A stretch of DNA of 64,000 bases from Sphagnum compactum (lineage: Eukaryota), in NCBI GenBank assembly GCA_965153455.1, contig OZ234493.1, forward strand, positions 22,806,213-22,870,212, in the 5' to 3' direction. Shown here piece after piece: positions 36,827 through 52,009 of this stretch. The notes below the pieces were generated by a model, which ran no database searches, was not told the origin of the DNA, and saw only the letters and a list, made by a program, of their open reading frames with translations. Each line of letters opens with the position of its first letter. Position 1 is the stretch's first letter. The translations under genes were made by a program, and so were the position numbers.

Positions 36827-39439
36827 ACACATAATAAGAAGACACAAACTGTTTTTGTTCCATGTAGTTTGGTGGGGTGACATCCCTATTGTGTCCCCCT
36901 TTCCCCCTTCTCTCCCTCTGCTTTCTTTTAAGTGGGGCTATGTGCTTGGGATTTCTGTGTCTCTACACTTTTTCTTTGAGCACCCAAAGAAGAAGAAAAA
37001 ACCAAGTCCTCACAAAGAAGAGTGTGCAGCCAAGGGCATTATGGGCTTCATTGTATGACACTAGTCCGACTCTGTATTCAATCACCACACCAACCAAATT
37101 CCAAATATCAACTTTACTTATGAGGCTAGGATAGATCGGCACATCACAGATCATTTGCCTATGACTGAACATTTATTTACATCTTCATCATCTGTGCTTC
37201 ATTTTGAGTGATTTAAAATGTTGTGGGAGTGCTACTTCAAGCTATAGAAATCGTCTTTGAAGTCCTAAGGAAAAGGAGTAATGAAAAAATAACAAGAAGA
37301 AAACTAAGCTTTTCAACTTTACAAAACACGATTTTATTTTATTTTCTCTTTTTGAACCCCTCCTACTTTCAAACCTCATAACTTTCTTATTAATTATTCA
37401 TTTTAAATGATTTTAAATGTTATGGGAGCACCAAACTCAGTTTTACAAATCATCTTGGAACTCTAGTAACAACAAAGCAACATACAAAGAATTTCTTAAG
37501 TGTTTGGGAACCGACCTTTGTAATATTGGGTGGTTTGGTTTTTTTTGAGTTCTCGACCTCCTTTACTTTTGAGAAACATGACTTTCTCATTTCAAAATCC
37601 GTTTCCACAATTGTTAGTGTGTCAGATGTGCCAAGAGGAGGGGTTCAAGTTTTGTTTGGATCCAGCCTATCCTGAAAGCTTATATGTTCGGTCACCAGCC
37701 GGTCTACCCTAGTAACACAAAGGAATGGGTGATTATGGGCCTTTTCTTGGCCAGTGCAATGAATTTAATGTTACATGCTGAGCTCAATGTGCATATGACA
37801 ACAAGGTACCCAACAAAAAAAAAGTTTTTTTTAAATTTATTTGAATTTATTATCAAACTTCTTTTAACAATGTTTGAAATTGAAGGCATTTCAATGTTGG
37901 AGATCTGATTATGCTAATTGAGAATGGATTATTCTCAACTCCCCATCTCCCTCAGCAATCATCTTCTTTGGATCGAGTCTTCTCATTGGTCAAAATGTGT
38001 ATTAAAATGCTGTAGAATTCTTTTCTGGTTAGTTTATAAGTTTCCATTGTGATATAATCCTAAATGCAAGGGATGAAATATGGGCAAAAAATATTGACAA
38101 TTTGGAAAATGGATGTTCTAGTTGTGAAAATTAAACATCAGATTATTGGATGTTCATGGAAAAAATAGTGGATAATATGTGGGTCAAGAAAGATGAAAAT
38201 TTGAGAAAAGACTGAATATGGGAAAGAAAATGGATGAAATGAAATGGAACCCAAGAAAATTACACATTTGATGATATGTGGGTCATGGAAGATGCAAATT
38301 GTAAAAAAAAAAGGTTAAATCTAGGGATCACAATGAATGAAACAAAGATCGACAAAAAAAAAATTATTTCTAAATATTACAAATATCCCATACTTAAACT
38401 AAACCAGGGTCGCTGAATTCAAATCTTAACAATTTTTTGGACTTAATATGGTCACTAAGAGGCCTCGCTCAAAAGGTTTAAGGTACCATTGTGGGTGGTG
38501 CTGATTGACGGTGGCGGGATATTGGGACCACCAAGAGCACCTGGCAAAAGGAATTGAGTGTTGGAAATTGCCGAGCAATCATGATTGGCTCAAGCGGTGA
38601 AATTTAAATAATCAACTCCCTTTATTCAATTCATTTTTTTCATGTATACAAGTGGGGGGATGGAAATAGTATAAAATATTATATTAATTTTAGTGTACCA
38701 TGTACATGCTATTTTATTGATGTGTGACGCTCTTAGATGATAAGCATTATTGTCACTTGAATTTTGGGTGAGTTTTCAATCAAATAGGTGCATGCATTGG
38801 GGGCCTCAACTTGGTGGACCTGGTTGCTTTTCAGTATTGTACCAATGAGTGGGGTGATGGGGGTGTAGGTGAGTGAGTATAGGTGGTTAACCCTTGAAAG
38901 TCATCATCTATGAGGTGGTGAGACCCAAGAGTTAACATTGAAAAATTTTCAATGTTTTATTTTATTTAAAGAACCACCAATTTTTTTTTGTGTCGTGAAT
39001 TTTGTTTGTTTTGCCTAAATAGCTAACTTGGTCATTGTGAGTGTCATATTAAGATGCATGCATTATACAATTGCATTGATACCAAGTTCTCTTCAATATA
39101 CCAATATAACACTGGCAATAACCTATGGTTAGAGCGTATGTATGTATGTTGTTGTGAAACCACATATTCACATATTCGAAACATGAAAAGACATTATAAA
39201 AAGGTTAACTTATAGTGAATGCTCATAAGCTTGTTGTACGTGGGATGATTGAGTAAATTTGTGATGACAAAAAAATTATTTTCACCCAATCTGAAAATAA
39301 CTAACCACACACAAATCACCACATACATACAACCCTTACACCTAACCGCCATTGCTACATACATCCATCCATCCATTTTTTCATTTAGATTGATGCCAAG
39401 AGCCCCACCTCCCCCAAAGGAAGCAGCATGGCCAAAAGA

Positions 39440-39630
39440 TTTTGGTCACAAATTCAATGATTTCTTAAAATCACAATATTTCTATACATGGTTCAAGTAT
39501 GTAGCCAAAAGTACATAAGGATGTTTAAATGTTTTCCTTTCATATTTTGTTAATAGCTAAATTTGGCTAAATTGACTTATGGATGATAACTACCTCAGCT
39601 GCATCACAAAATTTCTGAAATATATAAACT
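39440..39630. repeat. Dispersed repeat (MITE-like), copy B
   Basis: TAGCTAAATTTGGCTAAATT…TGGATGAT…CTGCATCACAAAAT, homologous to ~6975-7035. Confidence 0.6.
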
Positions 39631-40136
39631 ACTGAGCCTGATCTAGAGCCTATATTTAACCATTCAGAAGCTTGAAAAACTACACCTTGACTGGGCCAGT
39701 TGCTGATTTGCCAATTGAGTTTAGGGTTTAGGGTTTAGGCCACTTGGCGAATTGGGTACCCCTACTTTGTTTGCCATGTCCTTGACAAATCTTTTTGGCA
39801 GTTGCAAGAACAAACCTTTTTTGTTGGCATTGACAAGAACATTAAGATATGGTTCATTTCATTGAGGGGAGGGGATTCCATGCTCACTTGCAGGAACTGC
39901 AGGACTCCAGTAGTTTTATAATGACAAATGTTGGTTTTCCCTTGTTATGTGAACCATGCTCTTTTTAATCACCAAAGTTGAGAGAGATGGCATTGAGTTA
40001 AAATATTCCTTCTCGTGTTTTCTCATAGGCGCAAGGGTTGGTCACAATCAAGAGAATCTGAATCTGACATTGGCATTACTTATTTGATTAGTTTTTAGGC
40101 ATCCATCTTCTTCGGTGATTGGATCTTTTTTTGTTG

Positions 40137-40317
40137 AACAATTTAGTGGACCCAAGTTGAGAGATATGTTTTTTTCCTGTTCTAAAAGCTTCAACGACAA
40201 TTTAGTGGACCCAAGTTGGGAGATATGCTTTGTTCGTGTTCTAAAAAGCTTCAACAACAATTTAGTGGACCCAAATTGAGAGATATGCTTTTTCCCTGTT
40301 CTAAATGCTTCAACAAC
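40137..40317. repeat. 3 x ~60-bp tandem repeat
   Basis: ACAATTTAGTGGACCCAA(G/A)TTG(A/G)GAGATATG.TTT.TTC.TGTTCTAAA.GCTTCAAC three times. Confidence 0.93.
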
Positions 40318-40915
40318 TTCAACAACTTGGAATTATATTTTTTTAATTATGTACCTTTTTACCTTGTCAAATTTTCCAGTGTTGGGTGTTATCCAATTTT
40401 TTCTCAAACCTCCAATTTCGGTTCTAAAATTTATGAAAATTAAAGAACCTCCAATTCCTGCATTTGTTGAGATTTTTTGAGGACTGGAAATTATACTTCA
40501 AATTCAGTTCTCAGTAAATTTGAGAACCGTTGTTATACATCAGAAGCAGTTATTTGATTTTTTTTTTTAGAACCATCTTCATTTAGGGAAGTTTTTAGTT
40601 TGAAGTCTGAATTAGTGTTGTGCAAGTAAATTTTTTTATCTCGATATATTGTTGGGTATGGCTAGGGTATATTATTTACATGAACCTCTTTTTTAAAATT
40701 CAATATATTGACATGATGTGCTAAGGTATGTAATTCTGAAAAATTATACCATATCAATACCTTTGGTTCTATGCAAGACATATCCATACTTAGGAGGGTA
40801 TATGTGCCAAAAGTCTGAGTAACTAGGATTAGGATAAATAGGCTATGGAACTTATGTATACCAAACAATGATTTGTGAGTGCTATTGGGATATGTTGATG
40901 TCAATTTTGTCACAT

Positions 40916-41999
40916 TGCTACTACAAATCTTGTCTTTTACATTATCTTTTATGACTAAATTTTAGTCAAAACAAATTCTCGAACAAGATGACATTACAAT
41001 TGCATCAAATCAATCATTTATAACAAGCATTTCAAACAAAAAAGTAGCAATTTCCTCATTTTGGACAATGACATAATGACTATAGAAACGTCCAAGTGGC
41101 ATGTCTATTTTGACTAAAAACTAACAATTGTTTGTTGATGTGACTTGCTTATTTTGACTAAAAATTAACATACATGATAGTTGATGTTGACTCATAAATA
41201 TAAATCAAATCACTATAATTTTAAATTATTTATTAATAAATTACAAGTCCTTACGATGTACAATTTAAGACCCCTAGGCCTATACATAGGCCTCCCCCCT
41301 AAGCATGTAAACCACTTTTGAGCCTTAAAGCATGAATAAGATGTCACAAGAGAGAAATTCAACCTCTCACCTCCATGGTGACAAGCCAAGGCATTAACCA
41401 TCCAACCACAACTTCACATGATAACAAATATTGTCATAGCAAAAAATATAACACATTCATTTTGAATTTCAAACATTATAACTTTAAGTAACATATATGT
41501 TAACATATAATAATTAACGTGAATCAAAGTTTATACTAAATAAATAGATGACAAATATTTTGGTACCCTTACCTACAAACAACCCACCTATTACCTACCT
41601 ACCTACCTAATTGAATACATGACAATGAGGTCAACCTACGTGGGGATTACACACCTACATGCCCATTAACCAAATCAAAATTTCTAAGTAATTTTTTAAA
41701 ATAACTTAAATTTAGCAAATGTGACATGTCATAGGCCACATTGCATTTGGAATGATTATATTAATCATTGTACTATATGCATCTAAAACACATAAGCACC
41801 ACACATGCCATGTTTAAATGGTAGTGTTTGATTTGACTAAAAAAGGAAGTCAACTTAGTCACATTGGACATTCCTACTCTAGAGGGAGGCCAAATTGAAC
41901 AAAATTTATTCCTTTAAATCATTTCAAACAAGTATAGTAATCACATTAATCATTTTATTTACAATCCCAAAGTGTAAAAAACTTGTTTTTGTAGTAGTG
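40916..41999. mobile_element. Non-autonomous CACTA (En/Spm) element, 1,084 bp
   Basis: Right end TTTTGTAGTAGTG (reverse complement CACTACTACAAAA). Left end TGCTACTACAAA (two substitutions). Flanked by the 3-bp direct repeat CAT (40913-40915, 42000-42002). Subterminal TGACTAAA repeats in both orientations. Confidence 0.75.
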
Positions 42000-44449
42000 C
42001 ATTAATGTTGGTCTTTCCAATTTTGCCAATTCAAATGGGGCCAACAAACAATTGAGCATGATTATCAATCCCAAACACAAAGTGGATGTTTAATGCTCAA
42101 AAGTATCATAAAGTTTTTTAATTGCAACATTTTATATTTGTGTATGTTTAACATATTATGCGATTAAGCTCCATGTTTCATTGAACAAATTGAAGTTCTT
42201 TTGTGTGTAGGCATATTTGTATTGAACACCGAATCAAACATTTTGATTTTTGCATTCTAACATGGGATTTGTACATAATCTCATTGGGTGTGACCTTTGA
42301 AAATTATTTCAATACTTGAAAAATGTGAACATTTTTTTTCATATTTAATTAAATCAATCAATAATGCATGCCCATTTTTATACCCCAAATGAGGGTATAT
42401 GATAAGGGTTACCTAGACCTTAATACCCATCTATTTGATTTAACCACAAATTTTAATTCTCATACCTTATCATGATGAAAAGAAATGTGTTAATATACCC
42501 TTATTTGATGGGTAAACTCAAATTGAAAAAAGTTATAGCCTTAGTTGAAGATACATCAAAATCATATACTCACAAAACACTAGTTATTTGAATGTACTAT
42601 ACATGGCAAAGTGATGAACTTCTTGTTAAAAGGAAGCTATGAACCTAATAACATATTTAAATTTGGCATTTTGGGATGCACACCAATCATTTAATATGGA
42701 TTCTTCCTCACTTTTTAAGTAATCCATTTGTTCATAGTTTATATTACAGAAGGCAGATGAAAATTTGAAAGAAATAAGGATGATTTATTGAACATTAAAA
42801 CAAAATACGTAATCAGTTCAAGAGTGCAAAATATTGCACCATTTTTTTTTTGACATTAGGAACGAAGTTGTTTAATGGAGACACATAAAGTCAATATGTG
42901 GTAAAGACTTGGTAAAATTTGTCCTCCTATTGAAGATGGCACCTTCCAAAGAATAATCTTGCCTCTTAAAATGGAAGGTGCAAATTGGATGGGATCCACT
43001 TTGTGATAATTCATTGTTTTATTAGTAAATGAAAGTTTTCAATGAGGGTTTCTTTTCACATTAGGGCTATGGTATTTGAAAGTTAATAGAAATTTTTTTT
43101 TGCTTAATGCATGGTCTTGTCTAAATTTTTGTTGTGGAAACATGCATGAAAAGTATGATTTTTAGCTACACTTATCATTTTTAGATCCAAACAAACTCAA
43201 TGATTGAATTAAAATCTTCTTTAAATGAATTGACCTTGACCTGCAACAAAAGAGTCATGCACCCCCCACAAACATCATCAACCCAATTTGGACTACTTGA
43301 AACAAGGGCACAAGAAAGTTCCCTTCACATCAAAATGTCCACAACCAAGAACATGGTCCATACAACTTGCATAATCAATAGAATCACCAAATTTGATGAT
43401 TAGGACAAATTCATAGGTTCAACCCATCACTACTCTTATCAAAGCAAAAATTAAACTCTATGAGCCTACGGGGGTCAAATCACTCTGATCTTTCTCTCAT
43501 GAGCATCCACTGACTGCGTTGAGCAAAACAAAAAAATCCATTTCCATAAACTCCCATCACCCAATAGAATGTTAAAACCCTGAAATGCCTAGCAACCAAA
43601 AAGACTTTGAGAATTGGAGAAAATGGTGTAAAAGAAGATTTAATGATGTCTCCTTATGTAAGTCACTCTCTGAAGGATGCATAGTGCAACAGAAAGTCAA
43701 TCATCTCTCACTATTGATGCAACCCACACCTACATGCATTTTTCCTTCAAGTGTGTCCCATATTACTTCTAAAGCTAAACACTTAGAAAACCAAGTTAGA
43801 GAATCAACTCCCCAAAAGAAAACTAACAACTCAAAAAAACTTAGTTGTTTGTAGCAAAAATTTTGCTGCCCTTTAAGCTTCAACCTCCATTTGAACTTAA
43901 TTGACATCCAACAAAGAAGATCTGACCAACCGCTCCACACCGCACAAAGCTCACGCACACCAGATTGAACGCCACCATTCATAAAAATCCCAACAAGTTC
44001 ATAACCTGCAAAAGAACAAGACGACACAAAAACAAAAATTCACAAGATCCACCATCATCCACCATCAACTACTAGAACTTTGTCGCCTTCAACTTCTGGC
44101 AAATGATGGTACTGTACATATTCATTAGGGTTTCATCCTTAGTTTCTCATGACATACCATTCATAACTACAACTTGACATACATTTGGACAATGCATAAA
44201 ATAATGAGATTCGATGGGTAGGTTTGAGTTTTGAAGTTTGTTGGATTGGAAATCAAACACAAATGTTTCAGTTTTTAATGATAGGATATATGTTTCAAAA
44301 GAAATATTTGCCTTCACAAAAAAATAAGCAAAAGCTTCAAAACAAAAACTCGTCACTAAATACTAATCTCTTTAGATCTCTAGCAATCTACATAACATAA
44401 ATAATGTAAACCCTTTCCATGTGATAATAGCTTCATTACATAAGGAAAA

Positions 44450-45700
44450 CTAAATTAATGATGGTGTAAAAGTTTTGGGTAAACATGCATAAACACAAAT
44501 CAAGATGTGTGGTTAGTATAGTATGACACAACTTGCTCTTCATCCTACATCAAACCCAATGCCAACAGTACTATTTCAACAACCTTCATATACCCATTCA
44601 CTTAAATCTTTAGCCAAATTTGTGTAACGAGGTTCAAATATGTTAGTTTCCCAACTATAACTTTAACATTACAACTCATGGGTAGTCTCAAAAAGTCTAT
44701 ATTTCTAAATCAATTTTCCTTCAATCTAAAAGTGATGGAATTAAAACACAACTTTTCGTATTCTTTTGAACGCAAAACGTAAACTCATTTGAGTTATATG
44801 GGGAAGGAAGGACCTAGTAATAACATTCTCACTTAATAAATATTTTGAGTATACCATGTGAAAGGTTGAGATAATTCATAATCAAAAAATCTACATGCCA
44901 ACTCAAGGCACAAGTTGAAGGCAACCTTGAAGCATGTATTCTTTGTTGTTTCGACAATGATTTTCTAATATGTTATATGTGCACTAAAACATATGAATTG
45001 TTTGGGCCTTTAAAATGATGGAGAACATATGTCTTAGCACTTGCTTGTAATGCCAAGTACAATAATAGATTAAAATTTGAATCTTAAATACAACAAATGG
45101 AAAGTTTGCAAAGCTCAAAAATGGTGTTGAACTCATTGAAAGTGGCGTCCTTGAATCTACAAAAAGGATCTACATACACTTAATACAATTCAACTTTTGC
45201 CAACTTCACAACATGAATGAACCCCATGATAAAATAATTTTTCCTTTTAGCAAATTTAATCAATGTGTGTACCACTTCTTACATCATTAGAATCCATGGC
45301 AAACCAAGAACCAATGAATGCAAGCCCTAAACATTCCAAGTCCTCTCAAGTAGCTTGTTCTTTGATGCATCAACATGCCTCTTGGCATAAGTGATTTGTA
45401 TAACCTTAATACTAACTTATGAGGGCTAGCATGGATATTCATTAAATCTTGATGTTGCATAACAACTTGAAGCCCTTGATCTCCAATGTCTTAGTCAAGT
45501 TAAAGAATTCCAAGACTTGATGCTTTCAACTTGTGAAAAAAATTCATACACAATTGGAGCATACTTCCGATGCATGCTACCATATTCATCTTCCTCAAAG
45601 CCATAACTACCATGTTGACCCAATGTGCCATATAATGTAGATGATGAGGTAAGGGGCTATTTTATCCTTCACTTGTGCAATCAACCCCCTATGATGACCT
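44450..45700 (-). mobile_element. Degenerate hAT (ZNF862-like) transposase relic
   Basis: The minus strand at 45125-45280 reads VHTLIKFAKRKNYFIMGFIHVVKLAKVELY*VYVDPFCRFKDATFNEFN, and a decayed VLGSVEDER-like stretch lies near 44550. The family call is from recalled similarity. Confidence 0.5.
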
Positions 45701-47845
45701 TGAAACATTAAATCTACATAAAATCCAACGCAAAAACACCAAGAGGCCATGTCCTCATTATACTAAGACCTCTAAATTTGGCCAAAACTTTCAAAATGAC
45801 AATAGGAATGTTAATCAAAGTTGCACCCATCTAAGTACAAGCATAGTTAAATGGCCCATGTTGGACATCAAAATCATAATGTTTTTATATTCTAGATGAA
45901 CTTAATATGTAAATTCATATGCAACATTCACATAATTCTATTTTTAATATCCATGGGGAAATATTCCTATGAATAAACTTACTAAAGAATATGGATGAAA
46001 CCCAATTTAAAAAGAAAAGTCACAACATGTGGATTTTAAAAATAAAACATAATCACAAAATTAAAATTTTCCACATGGAATGAAAAATATGGCACATTAA
46101 TATCAAAATAGAATTTGAAAAATATTACAACATCAAATAAGGTGTTTAAAAATAAGATGCATTGAAACTTTGTTAATAGTTCCCTATATGGGGCCTAGCA
46201 ATTACCTTCCAATCTAAAGATAATGCCAAGATCGTAATAAAATAAAAAAACTACACATAAACTAATGCAACTACTCATAAAATAATTAAGAAAAATGTTC
46301 CATAAAAAGAATAAATAAAGATTCTAACTAACAATAATTATCATTTGTAGCAAAATTGTCTCCTAGACTTAAGAGACTCCTATCATCACATGGGAATAAA
46401 AAGGTAGCAAAACAAATACAAAGCCAAAGGAATATTTCATGATAGTAAGTTATTTATTCCCTTTTCTTCACACTACTACTATTTTCTACCTCTATTAACA
46501 CACACACATGCACATATAATGTCTTTGTAGGTCCTTGTAAAACCATTATTTCCATTATGCCTCCATTGCCCAAGTATAACATGTTGCCACCCATTGGGAC
46601 AATCCAATAAAAGACGAGAAGAAATGAAAAGAAAAGGCTAGAGAAGAGATAGATATGTGTGAAAGATAAAAGAAATAAGCAAAACTTAAATAAAATAAAG
46701 AATGGTCGAAGAGAGACATTCTTAACCCCCTCGTTAAATTCAAATCCTCTCACCTTCTTCCCCAAGAAAATAGTTGAATCTCTTTCATTAAAATGTGTCT
46801 TATTTTAATGATAACTACTTAATCAAAAAATCCTTTTAGAACTAACTAAAACTAGTTCATTGACTTTCTACCTACAATCTCTAGAAATTAGCTACACTAG
46901 TTGGTATCACTTTCAAAAGTAATGGAGATAGCAAATAAACTTACTATCAACAATTTCTAAACTTACAAAGTTAAACTACTAGCCAAACTAATTACTAGAT
47001 TTTTATAAAAAAAAATCATGTTTCAGAATTTTATCAATTGTTAACTTAGGGTCAGTTTCCTCAGCCTAGGTGTTAGTTTTTCCTTAGCCTATGTGTTAGT
47101 TTAATTAGAGGAGCAGCTCAATAAAAGATTTTATTGGTAGTAATTACTATTATTATTTTCCTTGGGAGGTGATGCCCACTAATTAGTTAGAATTTAGCTT
47201 GGTAGGTAGAAATATTAATCAATACCTTTTAGAAGGTGGGAGTTTGTAAGTTATCTAATTAAAAAATAAGAGTAATTTTAAGAAGTAATTATCCTAGCTA
47301 GATTAGATTAGTGGGAGATTTTTTTGAGTGAGCTTTTAGGGACTACTAATTAGGGGTCAAGTGACCCTTGGGGAGGATAACAAGGCAGCTCTCACTCTTC
47401 TATGGGGAAATTTGTTTTTAAGGTTTTTGTTTTTATGGTGTAAAGGGGGTTCGGCCTCTCTTCTCTCTCTCTTTCTAACCTTCCATGTCTCTGTTTTTTC
47501 TTCTCTTTGATTTTGCACTTTCTAGTGGACTACTCCTACTTTCCCAAGGTGGTAGACACTTGGGTTTACCCACTTGTTTTTTCTTTCTCCCTCTTTTCCT
47601 CTTCTTCACCGCCCTAGTCCACTTAGTCTTTTAATTTTTATTTTCCTTCTATGTGTTGATGGAGAACAAGGCAGTTTGTCCCTCCATTGTGGCAAAAAAA
47701 AAGGTGCATATCTTTAAAAATTTTATGGTATAATTTGTTTTATGTTCTTCAATTAAGTTAGGATGTTAGGAGTAAGGGGACAGATGGGAGGAGCATGGTG
47801 TAGACTGTAAGGAAGATCCAAGGGGGTAGAATAAAACTAAAGTGT

Positions 47846-48045
47846 TAGGTTTAGAGGTTCTTCACCCTATGGGAAACAAGGTATGTTCTATTGCCCTATG
47901 ATAATAGAATTATCGACATGTTACTACCATACATATGTTAAACATAGGTTTAGAGGTTCTTCACCCTATGGGAAACAAGGTATGTTCTACTAGCCTATGG
48001 TAATAATTCTGCTGCAACATAGAATTATCGACATGTCACTACCAT
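47846..48045. repeat. 2 x ~85-100 bp direct repeat
   Basis: TAGGTTTAGAGGTTCTTCACCCTATGGGAAACAAGGTATGTTCTA…AGAATTATCGACATGT.ACTACCATA at 47846 and 47946. Confidence 0.92.
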
Positions 48046-51000
48046 AATTTTTAATTTACGGTGTTGTCATCCTGTTTTTCTAACTATTATGTTGTATTTC
48101 AATATATATTGTTAGAGGGTATGACTAATGGTGATAAGGTAGAATACCACCCAATGAACAAATATTATCTATTTCATATAAAATGTTGTTATTCTTATGT
48201 GAATAGTTGTAGTACGATAAGTAAGGAGGATAATAGATGTTTAGGAGCTAATGAACCTACCTTCCTCAGTAATTCCATCACTCTAGAGATAATTATCGGG
48301 GCTTAAAAAATGGTCTATTTACACCAATAAAAAAAAAAAAAAACTTTAAAACTTTTTTGCACCATTATTAGTTGATTTTACTCTTTTTAAACTTAAAGAT
48401 TTCCTATGAAGTTTTTATCATTGATAGCACGTCTAGTTTTTAAAATTTTACTTTTTCAAGAATTTCAAGAATGAAAAAACATGAAATGCGTTTGTATTTT
48501 TCATCAAGTGAATGTGAATGTTCATCTATTTTTAGTTATTTATACCGGACAATTTTCTACATTTATAGTAAGGAAGTCAACTTCTATAATGTTAATGGAT
48601 TTGGTCTTAGAAAAATCACATTATGCATGGCCTTTATAATTTCCCCAACCATTATTGTTAGACCAACATTTGATTGGGTCATTCTTGACCTTGAACAACA
48701 AAACAACTATTTCCGTGATTTGTACTCCAACATTGGCCTTTCACGCATTAGGATGTGTAAGACAATCCCAAACTATCTCATTTTTCTCCCCAAATGAATC
48801 CAAAATTGCAAAATTGCACTAAAGGCAAAGATTGACTCTACGATCCTCCCACAATAATAAGTGTTCACATTTTGGTACATATAGTGTCTCTACTATAGCA
48901 ATATTCCCCACACGTCACAATGAGGATTCTTTTAAGTTTATTATTAAGCTTTAGAGGCTAACAAGTTGCTTTTACCTTTGATCTAATTGCGAATTATCAT
49001 GAACTAAACTTGAGACAGTAATCCATCATCCCTTATGTAACTATGCCCCTTAAAATCAAATAGTCCATGATTTGACTTAAATTTTTGAGATGTCTCATAG
49101 GTTTTTTTTAGCATGTGTTCCTCTAATTTTCTCCTATGAGGAGCATTCCATATTGGAGAACTATGATATTGCGTTGGGAAATTAGTTTAAAAAATAATTT
49201 GAGCCTGAACATAAAGTTTTTAGGCACTTGAAGTGGGGTCATAGTTTTGAAAAATGCACAAGCATAGCCAAGAAGATAAAACTTGAATAATAAAATACAA
49301 TATAATAAAAGAACAAAACATGAGTTAATGGAAGAGTGCCCACTTGATCCATTTAAATTTCTTTACACCAACTCCTTCCATGCACCTCAAGCTCCAAAAA
49401 AGAAATGCATTCACATAACGGCCAATTGCCTTTCATGCAAAATCTTGCCTATTCTACTCTCAACAATTGCTTCCATATTATTTAGATTTTATTCACTAAA
49501 CACAAATGATCACCAAAGCCTATAATGAACCCAACCCAAAGGTTACTTCCATTTTTTTTCAAATGAAGTGCAAAACAAGAAGGTGTAACTTAATCTTTTT
49601 AAATATGTAATTCAATTCAATGTAACAAAATTTTATACCTAAAGTATGTTTTAAATATAACCAAATTTAATAAAATATTATTTTAATATCTATAATTTCA
49701 TAGCACAAATTTTTACTTTTATTTTTTTAAATAAAATATACAATGAGTAAAAGACAACAAAGAAGGACTTTTGAGGGGGATGGTTTTCTTAGTGAATGGC
49801 CCAATCATGTGGTGGAGGCCTGGCAAGTTGAATAGCTGAAATGTCACAATGGAAGCAACACAAATTTCTTAGTTTTCACCAATGGTGATGGGTCAATTTG
49901 ATAGTTGAACAACAACAAGCAACATGAGAAAACAAACCTTCATAATTAATTTCGCTACAAATGTCCCACAAGGGAAGTATTTTAATGATAGACCAATTGG
50001 CCAGCAACACATGCACATGTTGACATCTAATGCATGACCAAAAAATTCTCTATCGGTCATAAGATAAATTGTTCAAATATAAGTTCTACTAGAAGAAAGT
50101 GTTTATTTGAGGGAGGCTTCAGATCATTATCGAAGGGTAGGCTTATGTGGCGGTAAGTATCTGCAACAAAAGCTTCATATTGGGGTTTGAAAGGATTGGG
50201 ATAAGTGAATTTCCATATGTTACATTTGTCGGCCAAAAATCAAAAGCTAGTGCAAAAGTGGTGAACAAGAAACCTTTCTCATAAAAGCTTTGCCAGACAC
50301 AGTTAGAAAAAGGAAGCAAAATGGAATTATTCCCATTCTAGACCCTTTATTCACATGTTTTCAATTTAGGGTTTTTTGGGGACCAAGAAAACTTTGAATT
50401 GAGAAAAATTGGACAATTGCAAGAAAAAAGAAAGAGACAGATATGAAGACCTAGCTCCTAATGTGTCCAGTTTCTGGTTTTTGAATAGAACATTTGGTCC
50501 AAAATTCCTAAACTTCCTAAACTTCCAAAGTTCCTATTTTTGCCCACAAAATAGAGTTAGCAGTGATTTTGGTGGTAAGCTAAGTTTCATCCTGTCTTTC
50601 CTTTTCCTGAGCGCCTGCCTCTGTTGTTGCTGCTACATATATTTTCACTGCTACTACCTGTAACTATTATAAATACTCTCGAACTTTGTGCATTAAATGC
50701 TGAGTTTCAGCATTTCGTACTGAGATTTTTTTTTGTAATTTCAGTACTTTGCAGATACCACTGAAAGAGGGGATAGGGGGTGAAAGCAGGCCCAAAAATA
50801 GGGTAAAGACCTGGTGACATTAAGGAAAACTCTAATATCCACTTGTCATGCTGCACAGTGAACATTGTATTGAACCTAAGTCCCAAATGGGTTCCAAAAT
50901 TCCAATGCTCAAACAAATATTCAACACCCAAATGTTGAACTAGCCATGGTACTAAGGTAGTTTGTCTTGAGCTTTGATAGGATATGAATGAAATCTCAGT

Positions 51001-51274
51001 TGTCATAACACTAGCCAGAGGTTGAAGCTTCCGAGGAATGGCAAATTCAGTCGTGGCACTTAGTAATTCCAATCAAATTTGGCAAGTGTAGTACACAACA
51101 ATCAGTTGCATAATACTCCACACACTCTCTACAGACATACACACACACACAGAGGCAATTTGGAAGCAGTATCCTCCTTACAAAAAGTTTTAACTCATTT
51201 GTACAGAGTTTCAGTCTGGCCCAAAGACTTTCAACTCCAAACTGGGATTTGATTGCAGCTTACCAGGGTACTGG

Positions 51275-51880
51275 CCAGAGTGAACCAGCACCCAGCAGCC
51301 CACCATCCACTGGATGACTGTTATGACTCAGTTGTGGATGAACCCCAACTTGAGTTAATATTCGGTTCCACCTTGGTAACCCCCTTCCATAAGACGTAAG
51401 TCCCCCACATACATACGATACATATGTATAAAAAAAAAGGTGATTAGATGGTTCATACATAGGTAATGAATATTTTTACTAGTTACTAAGAAGTCGTTTG
51501 CTTGCAGGTTGTTAGCAGGTAGCTTATATTAAAGAGCAACAGAGCTAATCATCATCACTGTTAACTAGGGAACTGGAACCTAACAGAAAATTGTTTCCTG
51601 ACAATTTATCATCCATCCATTTTGGTGTGCTCATGGGTGCTGGTTCAATCTGGTTTAAACCCTAAACCCTTCGTATACAAGAGGGAACTAACAGTCCCAA
51701 TAGCACCATCCATTAGGAGCCTGTTATGACTCCACTGCGGATCGACCGCAACTGAGTTAACATTAGGTAAACCACCTTGGTTAGCTAGGGAACTGGAACC
51801 TAATGAAAAAGTGTTTTCTTTTCACTTATCATCCATCCCTCATGGTGTGCTGATGGTTGATTGTTGGTTCACTTGGTCAG
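51275..51880. mobile_element. Two adjacent MITE-like copies with terminal inverted repeats
   Basis: CCAGAGTGAACCAGCACCCA (51275) is inverted to TGGGTGCTGGTTCAATCTGG (~51633). TTATGACTC…GAGTTAA…CCACCTTGGT (51321, 51724) and AGGGAACTGGAACCTAA…TCATCCATCC…GGTGTGCT (~51567, ~51787) are each duplicated. Confidence 0.6.
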
Positions 51881-52009
51881 GCCCTATTGTATTGGCTCTG
51901 TAAGTGTAGTGTCATAAGGCATGGTCCTCCCCCCTGACAATCACTGAACACTTAGAAACTCAAAGATTTTCCTCAATAAAATGGTACCACACTACATACC
52001 ATAAAACGA

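Noticed and set aside
38510-38600. miR171-like hairpin or site (GATATTGG…TGATTGGCTCAA)
   Set aside because: Only short partial matches, with no full mature sequence and no foldback.
41345-41412. Functional tRNA-Asp gene
   Set aside because: The acceptor and T stems do not pair and the B box is degenerate; at most a tRNA-derived relic.
50707-51072. 121-aa minus-strand ORF
   Set aside because: Non-ATG start, no recognisable domain and no supporting exon structure.
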